DNA of 64,000 nt from Auanema rhodensis (lineage: Eukaryota > Animalia > Nematoda). The position numbers and the translations under genes were made by a program. The stretch lies in assembly GCA_964057225.1 (NCBI GenBank), contig OZ059900.1, forward strand, positions 6,882,001 through 6,946,000, read 5' to 3'. The stretch's first letter is position 1; each line of letters starts with the position of its first letter. The notes below the pieces were generated by a model. That model was not told the origin of the DNA. It saw only the letters and a program-made list of their open reading frames with translations, and searched no databases. Below, piece after piece: positions 36,823 to 50,574 of this stretch.

Positions 36823-39800
36823 ATGACTGTAAGTAATCCATTTGTTACGCTGTTCTCAAGCATTCCACATGTCAACTTTAATCTCAAATCTATTAGGAAC
36901 CTCTTCAACTTGGATTTGCGCGGCGAATATGTACAGGTACGAAAAATTGCCATACTGTGAAGTATGAAAATGCCGAAATCAAACTATTGCATAGTATTCT
37001 ATACTCAGCGTCTACGATTATCTTATAGTTCTCATGCAGGCCAAAAAAAGCCTTTCATTCATTAAAGGAATTCAAGACTCTTCTATTTTTGCTGCCCCAT
37101 TTTAAGCCAATAAGCCCAATAATAGCTTTTTGCATTTTCCATTCATTTTTTCGTCTTTAAAGCTCATTCTAATGGGTCTCATGCCGGCCCTCAATAGCGC
37201 TCATTACTAGAACAGAAGAGTCTTTGAAGATTTCATCCGCTCTTTGTTGATTTCGTTCTATTTTAAATGAAAGTGCCTTAGCCGATGAGAAGGAAAATCG
37301 AAAGCTAGGTCTTTCTCAGTGCATGAAGATATAAGATGTTGATGAGAAACGATGTTTCCATCTCTCGTTCTCTCCCCCCCTTCAGTGCTAATCTCACGCT
37401 ATCTAAAACCTTCTCATATTGACAACATCTCTAACTCTTAAGCTTTCTTCCATTTTCACTCTCAAGATGAAACGTTTGAGCGTTATATTTCAATCTCAAC
37501 AATAGATCTAGCAAAACGCGTATAGCTTCATCCATCCTCGTCTTCTCACTTCATCTTCATTCCTTACACGCTACACTCCGGTTACATAAACATCATACAG
37601 AATTGACATCCGCATTGAGCTATGATGTATTTTGCCTCAGTAAATTTGGCTGGTACACATGGCATTGCATGAAGAGAAGGTCACTTGAGATTTCCAAAGA
37701 GTTATAAATTGCATCAATATATTTCTATAGCGTTGTTCATGTCATAGGGTTAAGTAAAGTTTTGGTTCAGATATAATCCAACTAGTACTAACCAAGAAAG
37801 AAGTATTTTTCAAATTTAAAGCTTCAATATGAGGTTATAATAGTAAACTTTGAAATAATTCATCAAATATTGCGAGATATTGAAAAAAGTTGTTCATTTT
37901 CAATACTTTAGCACATTATTTATAAATAAATCAAAATATTCAAAAAATGAGAAACAATATAATAAATTTCAAAACAATTGCATTGAAATTTGAATTTGGG
38001 ATCATCCCAATAACATTGAATAACAAAAAAATATTTAGATGAGAAACAAATCTTTAATTCAGTAAATAACATATAAACAATTTTTTGAGTAATGTAAACA
38101 ACTGAAAATTGCAGAGTTTGGCTGTTTTGGCAATAGCCTGTATAACAATCAATGTTTTGCTTGTACTAACTATAGTAATAGCATGGATATGCCAATGCTG
38201 TTTAGCTGATCCGATAATTGTTAGAAACCGTAGTTCAGTTCGTCGAATGTCAACTGTATTGCTTATCTTCAGTGTTATAACATGGTTAGACAAATTAAAT
38301 GAATGGCTGATCTAATGAACTAATAATGTTTTCAGCTTTCTTCTAGGCTTCACGTTAATTGGAAATGAACAGGTTAATAGGGGAATTATAGCATCAGTTG
38401 ATAGTATGGTTGACGCTCATCGTCATATAAGCCTTGTCAAACGTGAAGTATGACATATAATATACCGAAATATGCTATCATTGTATTTTAGACACGTAGG
38501 CTTAACGATACTTGTCAAAATTCAACCGTTCATTTCAAAACACTTGTGAATTGGATGAATCGACAAACAAGAGAGTTGCAAAGGAATAATAAACCAATTA
38601 ATCAAACGGTTTATATTAATTATATAGTAAATATATTATAATTTGATATAATATTCAGCAACTTAACGAGGTTAATGTACTACTGAGTACATTATATAAA
38701 TATGTAGAACAAGCAATAGATGGTATTAATGGCATGCATGTGTATATAGAGGATGGAACAATGCTTGAAACATCAGCTAGATATGGTGCTCGAATTGAAA
38801 ATGAACGGTATATTCTTAATGTCATTAACATGTTTAATACTGTAATTTCAGATGGATGACTACACTTTTACTTTTGCTAATATGCCTTTCAGTATTGGTT
38901 ATTGGTGTTTTCGCATTCAGTCGAATATCAAAGCGGGCTATTGTCTTTTATGCCTCTTTAGGAATGGTAATATTCATACTTGTATGGATGCTCATTGCTG
39001 TTATTCTTCCATCAACAGTGGTATGCTAATGAAAACATTGCTTATTAATTACCATTTTGTGAAAGCTTTACATGAATATTTCAGGCTTTAAGCGATTTTT
39101 GTTTAAATGGACGGCAATTTATTCATGCACAAGTAACACAACCACTTTATGAACTACTTGATTATTATCGTACTTGTCCTGATGATGCAATGAAAAAAAC
39201 AACACCACGATTCCTATATCTGTCGCGGATAACAGATTTTATATTCAAAATGTTAAATTCAGCAATTGAAGCTAATTTTCTGTTACAAAAAATATATATA
39301 GACGATTTTACAGTTAGTGAGACTACAACCTGATTAACTCATATGTTTTTCTTAAACAGATCAATAACTTTTCTGCGGTAATTATTGAAGATGCTGCTAC
39401 GGCATTAAAGCATGTTGGATCAGTAGAAGTTCAGCTTGATTGTAATATTTTCAAACAAGATATTCAGCTTATGTATGAAGGAACTTGTAATCAAGCCATG
39501 TAAATAGATGATAAGATATCATTTCTACATATGTTTTGAATTAAGATTTGGAGTGGTAACAATGTGTCTTTCTATGTTATTGCTAGGAATTATTTTGTTT
39601 GGAATTTTGATGGTTGTACCCCGTACTTGGTACATATTTAGAAAATAGTAAGTTTTTGGTCATATTAAATGAATTAATATATAAATCAATTTTTAGCGAT
39701 ACTTTACCACGTTTACCATGTTTCAATAAAAAAGAAATATTAAAAACTGATCTCGACCATTTTTATCCTTCTCCAAATACAAACATGTTGCAAATGGAAT

Positions 39801-39955
39801 TAGATGATAATGTATTTAAATGTGAACCATGGTACTATTTCAGTTTCTTTTTATTTTGTATTTGTCTTTATATTAGCAATGGAATTGAAGACTGTACATC
39901 ACGTCATAGAAACTCTCGCTTAGATTCCATGATGGAATCAGCGATTCTAGGTTAA
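36823..39955 (+). CDS. ttyh-1: Tweety family membrane protein
   Basis: Contains IPHVNF...EYVQ|SLAVLA...ICQCC, GFTLIGNEQVNRGI, ENER.W TM pair, ALSDFC and YYRTC, plus C-terminal Cys and a final TM. This is the TTYH topology and motif set. Confidence 0.85.
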
Positions 39956-40658
39956 TCAGGTAAAATATATTGCTGAAACATGGATAATAACTAATTTTCT
40001 ATTTTTCAGCATTGTTAGCTCTGTGGTATCATCACCTTAGGATTTAGTTTTATTATTAGAGCTCAAAGAAGAATAATAAGCATAATAACTTGGGAGAATG
40101 TAATAATTCTTACAGTAAAATAATTGAAATAATCTTTAATATGCATTTCTTCTTACTTTTTTTCAAATTTCTTACTTTATTCTCAAGCTACTAGTTAAGA
40201 AGAAATGCACTAGATTTATTGATTTATCAGTTAGATGTTCATTTTGGTGTACTTTGGATCAATGATCAATATTTTACTAGTAGTAGTTTGATAATGAGTA
40301 AATTATATATAAAACACAAAAACATGCCTTGAAAAGTACATTATAGTTATATTAGTATTTATATTTTCAACATGTTTCACCTTTAAATAATCACTTTTCA
40401 CTGAGCGATCTTAATTCCAACAAAAAAATTCGTTGTAAAATGAGAAAAAGGTGAATCCTGTTCTCAATATAAGATGAAAATAATTTTTCATTCAAAATGT
40501 ATTCATTTACTTACACTATTTCTATTTCTTCATTGAATATGTTATGTATTATCAATTTTTTTAAAATTTTCATTTTATAATAATTCCAATACAAATGTTT
40601 CAATTTGAAATATATATTATCATACAGAATTATTTGACTATAATAATATTTTCGCATT

Positions 40659-41477
40659 TTAAACAAAATTTCCGTCTTCCAACATAGGTAGTAGTTTGCC
40701 GTCATCATCCATAGCCTTGATTTCATCATGACCGCCAACAAACTTTCCAGCAATGTATAATTGTGGAACAGTTGAACGGCCTGATAATGTTTTAAGGAAG
40801 CTCTGAAATGTGACTATTAGATGTAAAAAGTTTTTCTCTGTCATAAGATCTGTTTGAAATCTGATAAACTAATGATTGTCAATATATGTTTTTAAAACTT
40901 TTTTTACTTTTTTTCATTTTTTACTAACTATTAACTGAATGTAATTTATAATTAATTTTAAGATAAAAAAGTGCTTTTAAATAATTTTCTTCTGCAATCT
41001 TATGAACCTTAGTACATACCTGAATTTCTCGCATGTTCTCAACCATATTCAATTCCACAATTTTTAGATCTTTGATCTCAAATTTTGATAAGATACGTCT
41101 CAATTTAATGCTGTAGGGACAATACGTTTTACTATATAGCATTACCTAGAAAAAATTGATTTGTGCAATGTCAAATAAAGTCGGAGATATCATTTTCTGA
41201 TAACAACAACTTTTTTTATAGATCATATCAATGAGATTTCAGTTTTTTTTTAGAATTCTTTGTGGAAATCGAAAGGTGAAAAAGCATATAATAATAAGTA
41301 ATAATCATTACCGAATGAGTACGGAGATCAGATATCACGCCATTGATCGATTCTTCTTGTGTTAAGTGCTTTGTTGGAGTAGAAGACTGAAAGAAGTTTT
41401 AGAATACTTTGTGAGAAACGTTTACTTACCAAAACAATGGTAACCAAACATAGAGCCAAAACAATGATTATTCTCAT
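40659..41477 (-). CDS. Monothiol (CPYS) glutaredoxin with N-terminal signal peptide/anchor
   Basis: Reads MRIIIVLALCLVTIVL|...|VMLYSKTYCPYSIKLRRIL...ELN...IQ|SFLKTLSGRSTVPQLYIAGKFVGGHDEI, containing the Grx TVP and GG-D motifs. Confidence 0.92.
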
Positions 41478-43232
41478 TTTGCTGCTATTGTTGAATAAAG
41501 ATACAATCTGAAGAAAATATGAATACTTATCAATGAATTCCTTTTACAATCATATTTATAGCTTTGAAAATATAAAAAAAGTAGAATATAAAGCAAATCA
41601 AATCATTCGAAGATGAGAAACATTGATACGTTTTATCACATTCATATATTACATCTATGACATAAAATGCAAATGTCAGGTGTGGTTTTAAGTTTCTAAT
41701 CGAAAAGCTATAAGCAAACAGATAGATTACGAATATCAACTGCACTAATATATTAATATAATATGATAATATTATAATATTGTAAAAGAATAGGTCATAT
41801 AAATTAATTGATTTTATAGCTCGAGCTATATTTTGAAAGAAAATTAGAAATTATCATGGCGTTAGAGATCCTTTAGAGCGCAGAAAGATATGAAAATGTA
41901 ATTTTCGCGCAAAAAAGACGCATCTTATTCCATAACATACACACACAACATCTCTACTCATACAAACAAATGTAAAGTTCTTCATTGACGCTAGAATGGT
42001 ATATTGGAGTGTAAGTCAGTCATGGTCATGGTCACTCTTGCCCATCATTCGTATCATTGTATCTCAGTTTCTTTTCTATTTTCTTTATCTAGCCCATTGT
42101 TTTATTTTCCTTCTATCACACTTATATTAATTCTTTTCCTTATCTTTTTTCTTTCTTCTCTGGCAGTTCTCGCCTGTCTCTTTGTTTGAAGCATAATCTT
42201 GATGGTTCTCTAACAACTGTCTAATCTTTCAAACTACATCTAATATGTTCTCGATTTCTTCTAGTTAGTCTTGTTCAATGTTGACTTTTTCTCTTTTTCT
42301 CTCCAAACTCTTTATTTCATTAGGATTCAGTAAAAATTGTTCATTCATTATTGCATGACTAACTAAACATTTAACATTGTTCATTTGATACAATCAAGGC
42401 AATATTTTTGATATCAATTGAACAGTTTCAAAAGATCAAAAGATATGATCAATTTCAATTAACTTAAATAATATTTGTATAAACAACATAAACTGTTTAA
42501 ATTGAGAACAAATTGTGAAACATTATCCATAAACAACATCGCTCGTGATATTTCCAATATAATAACATTCAAATATGTATTAAATTAAATTTAGCAGAAG
42601 TACTGAACACTGCCTGAAATGTAATGTTTAATAGAGTTTTATCAGCTTTATTTTCAAATCAAGCATCTACAGTGTTTATCAATCCAATTGGACAATCAAA
42701 AAACTCAAATGATAATTGACAATAGTTTTAGAAAAACACTATTCAAGTAGAGTCTAAAATTTTTTACTGTTAAATTGCCTCTTTTTTAAGAAATTTTTTT
42801 CAAATCTTCATATTCACGTGAAAGTCCTGTTTGTCATCATCATTTAATCCATTAACAAAGTTAATTTGTTCATGCGCAGTCACGAAGAAAGCGATATTGA
42901 CAGGTCTTGTTTCGCCAATGCGGAACAGAATCAAAATAAATTTTCTGGTTTTTCTTGGATTTGTCAATCATTGTTAAAATGATCTAACTGCTTTCTTCCA
43001 TTTGTTTGATAATTCCATTAAGTTGACAACAATGTCAATGTTTGAACTTTGCCCTATTGCGAATCTGCCCCAATGCTAATGTTTTTTTTAATCCGCGAAA
43101 ACACCGAATAATGTGATAATTTTCAATGAGTCATTCTAATTAATTGCTTTTCTTTATATTTTTCCGATAGTTATGATTTATGTCTTAAATATAATTTTTT
43201 CAACATAGGTGTTAGACTGGGCTAGCTTATCA

Positions 43233-46200
43233 ATGGCTGGTCCAAAAAATGGTAAGACTGTGCCTAGATTAGCTGATTATTTTGCCATTTTGACGTTAGA
43301 TGAAACACAAATACGTTTGTTTAATATTTTATCAATTTAATTCCTAATAATGGTATTATAGGACATGGAACTAGTAGTGGTATAACCAAACAACGATTCC
43401 CTAACCAAGATTGGGAAGATGTGCCTCTTCCTCAAAATATCCAGATGGTAATTTTCAAAACCTGTTATCTATTATTTTTTGTTTTAGTTTTGTATGCCGC
43501 AAGGATGGAATATTATAGCTGAAAAGAAAGATCCAGTATTTTTTGTTGCAACATTAACAGATTTGGCTGGAGCTCACCAGTATATATTCTGTTTACAGGC
43601 ATCTATTTCATATTAATAAAGTTATAACATTTTTTTAGACATTTGAACAGTGGGACCCACCTCTAGATGGAGATGAAGATCGTATGTGTAACAGTGAAAT
43701 ATTCAGTGTATACAAACCAACTGTTTTCGTTTTCATTTCCAGTTATCCTTTTGTTGAACTGTTCAGAGTAAATTTTTTTTACATTTTCTATTTAAATGTT
43801 ATTGTTTTAGGTTTGTATGAATATGATATTCAATTCTATCAAATTAGGTGATGGACAAGCAGCTAAATTTATAGCTACAATTATAGGAAATGTGAAATTG
43901 CATAATGGGTCTGTGCAACTTTTGTTTCCAAAACTAGTATTGTTTAAGGCCTCAATCATTTCGATTTGGAGAAGAAACTCTTACTGTTCGCGCCCCTCTC
44001 CAACATACTATTCCAATGACAAGTTCTAAAGTGTGGTCTCTTGTTCGCAATCTCGGTAGAACTTTCCAAACCAACTTGCATAGAAATCTTAATGTTTTCA
44101 GGATCGATACATAATCTACTTTTACTATTCCGATGTGTTCTCTCGGAGCAAAATCTTATTTTTCATAGTTCTTCCCTTAACCGTTTATTTGATGCTTCAT
44201 ATGCCTTAAGAGCCATAATATATCCGCTGGAGTTTGTGTAATTTCTTTTCTAAAATATAATTGAAGAAAAGTTTGGATATTCAGACATACATTAGTCTCG
44301 ATTTTACCCGAGCCACTACTCGATTACTTAGGTAGTCCAACGCCATACATGATGGGTATATTAACGTCTTCACTGCCAAAGGTATCATAATATTTATACA
44401 ATATATATACATATATTATATGTCTACAGATACCCACAGTGGAATGCATTTTGGTTGATTTAGATTTAGGAGAAATTAAAGTTTCATCTGAAGTGCATAT
44501 CCCAGAAATTCCACAGCCATATGCAGATCGGCTTATTAAGCGTTTACAATATGTCTTAAATGCTGACCTGTCAGCTGAAGACAATGCCATTCCTCCACCT
44601 ATAACTCCCATGGAAGAAAGTTTTGTACAGGTGAGCTTTATTTTAGTTCTAATATCATGTAAAATGTTCTCAGGATAAAAAAATAAGAGCTTGTTTTTTA
44701 TCATTCTTTGTCGAGCTTTTTCATGGTTATCGAATGTGTTTGGAATTGGTCCGTTTGTATGAAAGCCCTTATATAGTGTTTCACCAAGCTGCCTTTATGG
44801 GTATGAGGTATAGATATATGTACATATTTTCAAATCTTATTGAAATAATGTTCAGAAAAATCTCAGACTCCTTCACTAAGCAAGTTTTGAACAGTCAAAT
44901 GTTTCAGTTGTTTATAACTACTAGGGGTATTCCTTTTAGAGAATCTGATTATTTCGATGATGTAATTCTTTTTTTCATAACTTGTTTCCGTTTTATTTCT
45001 TATTTTAGATTATATCAAAGCCTTTAAGAAAAAATAGCGTATTACAAGATTATCATATAACTGATGATATTACAAGCATATCTGAGTTTTTAGCTAATAA
45101 TGTAAACCATACTGTTTGAATGAAATAGAAACGGTTCACTAATGTTTCAGGAGAAACAGCCACATATCGTTAGCCCTCTATATTGGAGACCAAAGGCTCA
45201 TCAAACAGAGCAATATTTGATGAAAACTAATGATTTAGTATTGGATCAAGTAGAGGTTTGTTATTTAATTGTGAAAATTAAATTAGCTTTTATTTACAGT
45301 TAGACAGTTTGATAGGAATTATGAACTCCTCGAGTGAAATTAGTCCTATTACTACTATGTCAAAAGTTGTTCCGGAAGCAGATTCTTACTTATATGAGGA
45401 TCATAAGCCTGTTAATAGTAGAAGATTACAAGTATGCTTTACTGACGTGGATAAATTTCATCTCTACTTGTTAAGGTACTCGAGAAATGCATTGAAGCTA
45501 TTTTTGACAAGCGTCTAGTAGAAGCTAGAAAGGTTTGCTATTATTTGCGTGCATTTGCTAATCCAATATTTTAGATGATGTCTGCTGTAGAATTATCTTT
45601 AAAACTAGTTGAAGCGCGGGTTTTTTTATGTCGCACTTTAAGCAAAGCAGCTGTTCCAGTTAGTAAGGCAACTCTTACATCTCCTCAGTTTGAACTTGTT
45701 GTGCGATTGTTGAATTTTGCGCTAGACGTAAATTGAGTTATTATTCAATACCTATATTTTTTATTTTAGCACGAGACTACAGATGATGAGCATGGAATTG
45801 CTTATGCTTGCATTCATTTAAGTAATATCTACTGCAGAGTGAGAATAGAAGTTATGCTTATTTCAAGTTTTGAAAACGTTGTTAAGGTCTTATCTCAAGG
45901 AGTATTTCAATTTGTATACAGTTGCATTCAAAACCATGCCGTCTGGAAAAGTCATAGATTTTGGGAATCTTCATTTTTTCATGATGTTCATCTCCTTGTG
46001 AAAAAACACTATTTTGCCGATCGAACACCTACAAACTGTAATTTAGCAGGAAATGTGCGTTTATATTAAGATAAAATAAAGTAACATTTTTATTAAGAGT
46101 CGAAGAGATTTATGGAATCTTGGTGAAGAGCCTAATAGTATGAGAATTGCCGCAGAGAGACTGAAAGCTAGTTACAATGAAGTAATTGCTAAGGATGATT

Positions 46201-49200
46201 ACAAAATGGTTTTATAAGTTTGATTTAGAAATTTTGTTTAATTTGTAAAGTTTAGGAGGAGCAAATTCTGTTCGGTCAAGCTAAGCATTATATCAATCTG
46301 ATGATTTATCTTCGTGTTCCGTTGGATATTATGAGTAATGAGTTTCAAGATAATGAAAAGTTTGACTCGGAATCTATTAAAGCTTCATCCGCTAGGGAAA
46401 GGGTTTTGAAGAGTTTTTTGCTCAAAGTTTTATTTCAAAGTTTCAGTCTCTATCTCATACAGACGGAGATGATGCTGTTGAAACATTATCTGACATAGAG
46501 CGTAAGAATTTCCTAGAAACTGTAAGTTAACTGGAAATATTGTATTTAAAGAAATTACGTTTTAGCTTGTTAATTGGATATCAAGAATGATGTATGGAAT
46601 GTGTTCTTCTGCTGGAATGGATACTATTCTCATGAATCGTTTAATTGAAGATGTACAGCATTTCAGTGCAATTCACATGGAAACTATTGAATTGGTACAT
46701 TTGGAAAGTAAAAAGCTTGTACCTATCAGTAAGGTATTGATACTGACTAGTAATTGTTAGGTTCATGTGTATAATTTTTGTTTAGCCATCTTTGATGAGA
46801 CCTTTATTACTATCTCCACATGAAAAAATTATCATCGATGGTTTGAGATCAGTTTTATTGGAAAGTAGTAGCCCATCGTCACCTGACTTGTCGTCTGTTA
46901 TTCTACCAGCAGAGGGAGCATTATATTTGACTAATTATCGCATAATATTCAAAGGCAAACCGATTAGTTCAAATGGTAGCATTTTAGGTTTTTAAGCATC
47001 ATCATTATCTTTTTATTAGTTGCCGAGAAAGTCATTGTAAGCATTCCTATTATGTCTCTTATCAAGAAAAAAGCGTTATCGGATCATTTGTTTAACCAAA
47101 TTTTGGTCAAAGTACCATTGAAGGTGGGACTTGTGATCATAATATTGCACACTTTTCGATCTTTTCTGCAGAATACGCAAGGATTCCATTCAGCATTTCA
47201 TCTAAGAACAGTTTCATTTCAACCATTCTATTGCTGTTTTGATGAAGAAGTCTGAAATAATACAGAGAAAGAATTGACAATTTTTTATTTTAGGTTAGCA
47301 GTTTACAAGTGGAGAACTACTGGAAAAAACTGACTTCAGTCAGATGGCCTGTTAGTATCCCTCAGTCACTGTATGCATATTCATCGGAACAGTTTGTTCA
47401 TCAAGATACAACTAGTTTGATTGTAAAATCAAGTTCTAAGTTTCCAACCATCAGAGATCTTAAAAATAGTTTGAATAAGCCTGCTAAAGGTGAGATATTA
47501 GTGTCAATTCATTGAGAACTGAATTATTATGAAATTTATTCAGGAAATACAGTTCTTCATCGTACCTTGGATGGATCAAAGTGGTCCCCTTTGAATCGTC
47601 CAAGCAAATCACGAATCTCATTTGTAGACAATGATGGTACATTAACAAATGATAAATCAGGTATATATGCATGCTCCCCCAAACTAACCAATCGTGTGCC
47701 TCTTTTCCTTAACAGATTATTTATCCTATTGGAGTATAGATCCATGTCGCCCTTATATCAAAGATTATGATCGCTTGAAGGAAAGAAACAAGATTCGTTC
47801 TTCATTTGCAAACAATCACTACGATTTAGCAAAGACGTAAGAAACATTTACCTTTTTCTATGTTGAAATATTTGGCTGACTCTAGATTTCCATCTTGTGT
47901 ATTAGTTCCATCAGCTATAAGTGATGATCTATTACTGAAAATCTGTAAAGGATACAAACATGGAAGATTCCCTGTTATTACATGGGTTAACCCAACGGGA
48001 TGTCTATTACTTCGAGGCAGTTCATTTACCGGCACGAATGTTATGACAAAGATCAAAAAACAAGCTAGTATGCTTCATCGCACTGATTCTGCTGCAAGTT
48101 TTGCTTCCACAAATCGTATGCATTCTTTACTCAGCAAGGAAGATCTTGAGTCCACTTCTTCAATGACATACCAGGTAAAAATCTTGTAGAGATCATAATT
48201 AACCTAGACTTTCAGCTTCAATACTTTAATCGTATTGTCGACATGACTAGTGACGACCAGCTTAAATTTAACAACAGCTTATCAAGCTTCTCTGATAGTT
48301 TATTGAGCCTAGTCTCTACTGAAATTGCCAGTCAAGGTTAAAAAATCAATAGTGTTGCAGTCAATGACACTCAAATTATTTCAGGTTATCCAGCAACTCC
48401 TAATCTGAATGAAAAAAGAAGCACAAGTTCAGATATGAAAAACAATTTTATTAGAAGTAGTACAAGAGCAAGCAACTTATGTATGATTTTATTAATTTTC
48501 CTTTTTGAAATTTAATATATAGTGACATCTTTGGGCACGAAAAGTAATATTCAAATTGATAAGTGTTCAATCAAAGAAGGTAGTGTAAAATCTGCTCATT
48601 GTTCACGAAGAAAGTTATATCTTCTTGTAGACAAAGCTAATTACAAGGTGAGCTTTGATGAAAAAACAAATTAATACGTGCATACGTTTCCAGATGCTTG
48701 ATGCTAATGAAGAAATAGAAGTTGTTTTGGTTAATTATCCCACGACAACTGATCTTAAAAATGTTTTCAAAAAGTTGTGTCGAACACTTCACCCAAGTGT
48801 CACAATTCAAACTTCTTTCATTTCCATGTTCAGTGATTCAGGATGGCTACAGATGGTAAGATGCAAATTTATAATCCTGATATCTTTCATTACATTCAGA
48901 TACAAGATATTTTACTTTTATCTTCCTCAATCACATCTCTAATGAATACTTTTCATTCTTCGGTATCTTATTCCTTTTTAAGTAAAGTAAGTAAAAATTT
49001 ATAGGTTGCTATTTGTATTGAAGAAGGCTGGGATGCGACTTGTCAGTTGTCCTCTCTTGTACAAATTTGTTCTGATCCATTTTATCGAACTATTGAAGGA
49101 TTTGGAGTAAGATAATCTTTGTTCGTTTTGCATTTCATTTTAAAATTTTCAGATTCTGGTTGAAAAAGAATGGTTAGCTTTTGGTCATCGTTTCTCCTAC

Positions 49201-50574
49201 CGCGGAAATCATTCAATTTCATCACTGAATAGCGAGCTTGCCCCTGTCTTCTTAGTATTTCTTGATGCATTACATCAGGTTTGATATATAACTAAAACTA
49301 TTTTTTAATTTTTTTTTAGATTCTTATGCAGTTCCCTAATGCATTCGAATTTAATGATTATTTTTTGCGCTTCATAGCTTATCATAGTTCTTCTGCGTAT
49401 TTTCGCACGTTTTTACTGGACTGTGAAGCAGATCGCCTCTACATTGAAAAGCTATCGCCTGATCATGACCTCAAAGGAAATATTTGGAATTATATATCGT
49501 CCAAAATGACAAAAACCCATATGTTTTTAAATTTACAATATGATAAATCTTGTGCAGAAGTGCTCGTACCATCAGTATCCATAGCTTCTATGGATATTTG
49601 GAGCTTTTTCACTTCAGCTAGTTATTGCAGTGGATCATCTTATGATTTAGGTATAGACAAGACAATACTAATTCAATCATTTGCCTCATGAACTTTTCAG
49701 ATATAGCAGACTGTGAACAAAAAGAGAATAATCAAATGAATAATTGTGGCGATATGAGAAATGAATGCAGTGATGAAATAATTACGAATGAAATTGCACT
49801 TATTGATTTTAAAGCTAATAAGGATTTGCTTTATTTGACACAGGTATACACTATAATATTGTAGAGATTGACAAATTACATATAGGCAAAGAAGAAAAAT
49901 TCTATCGAACGATCTTCAAAGATACAGTCCCGTTCAAAATCAAGAGAATCTTCATTCGAAGTGCAGCCTTCAGAAGAAAAGGTATGTAGTCTATTAGAAG
50001 AAATCTCTTAGATATACGCATATTACAGATGCATTATGGTGATTATGACAAGTTCATACAATCTGTGTATGAAAAGAAGGCTATTTATAGAATTCTTAAA
50101 ACTAAAACGAATAATCATTCCGTTTCTCTTCCAAATAACAACAACATTGGTGATGTTGCTAATAAGCAGTTATCTAAAACTATCATTGCTCATCAAGGAT
50201 ATCTGAGCAAGAAAGGAGCACGTATAAAGTTAAAAACTGACCGATGGTATGTATTGGATTCAGCTAGCAGACAGGTAAAATTAATTGTATTAAATAAACA
50301 AATTATATTTAAATTTTTCTAGCTTATATGCTTTGATCATCAGTCAGACAAAGTACCCAGAAGCATTATTGAGCTTTCTGATATCAAGAACGTCGATATT
50401 GAAAATACTGGAAATAAACATGTGCTTGTGGTACGTTATGATTGTTTCATTTATTTTACCATGATTATCTGATTTCAGCTTACAACAGTCAAGCGAGTTC
50501 ATCATTTGCAAGCCTCTTCACGAACGGACGCAGATGCGTGGAAAAAAAATATTGAACATCTTCTTCACGAATAA
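43233..50574 (+). CDS. mtm-5: SBF/MTMR5-13 myotubularin pseudophosphatase (DENN-GRAM-inactive PTP-PH), about 40 exons
   Basis: DENN motifs: [41 protein letters not shown]: [21 protein letters not shown] region: [53 protein letters not shown]: QGYLSKKG...RWYVLD. Confidence 0.95.

Noticed and set aside
39961-40009. Intron-like segment just after the tweety stop codon as an NMD switch
   Set aside because: It starts only a few nt after the stop, too close to imply NMD, and splicing is unproven.
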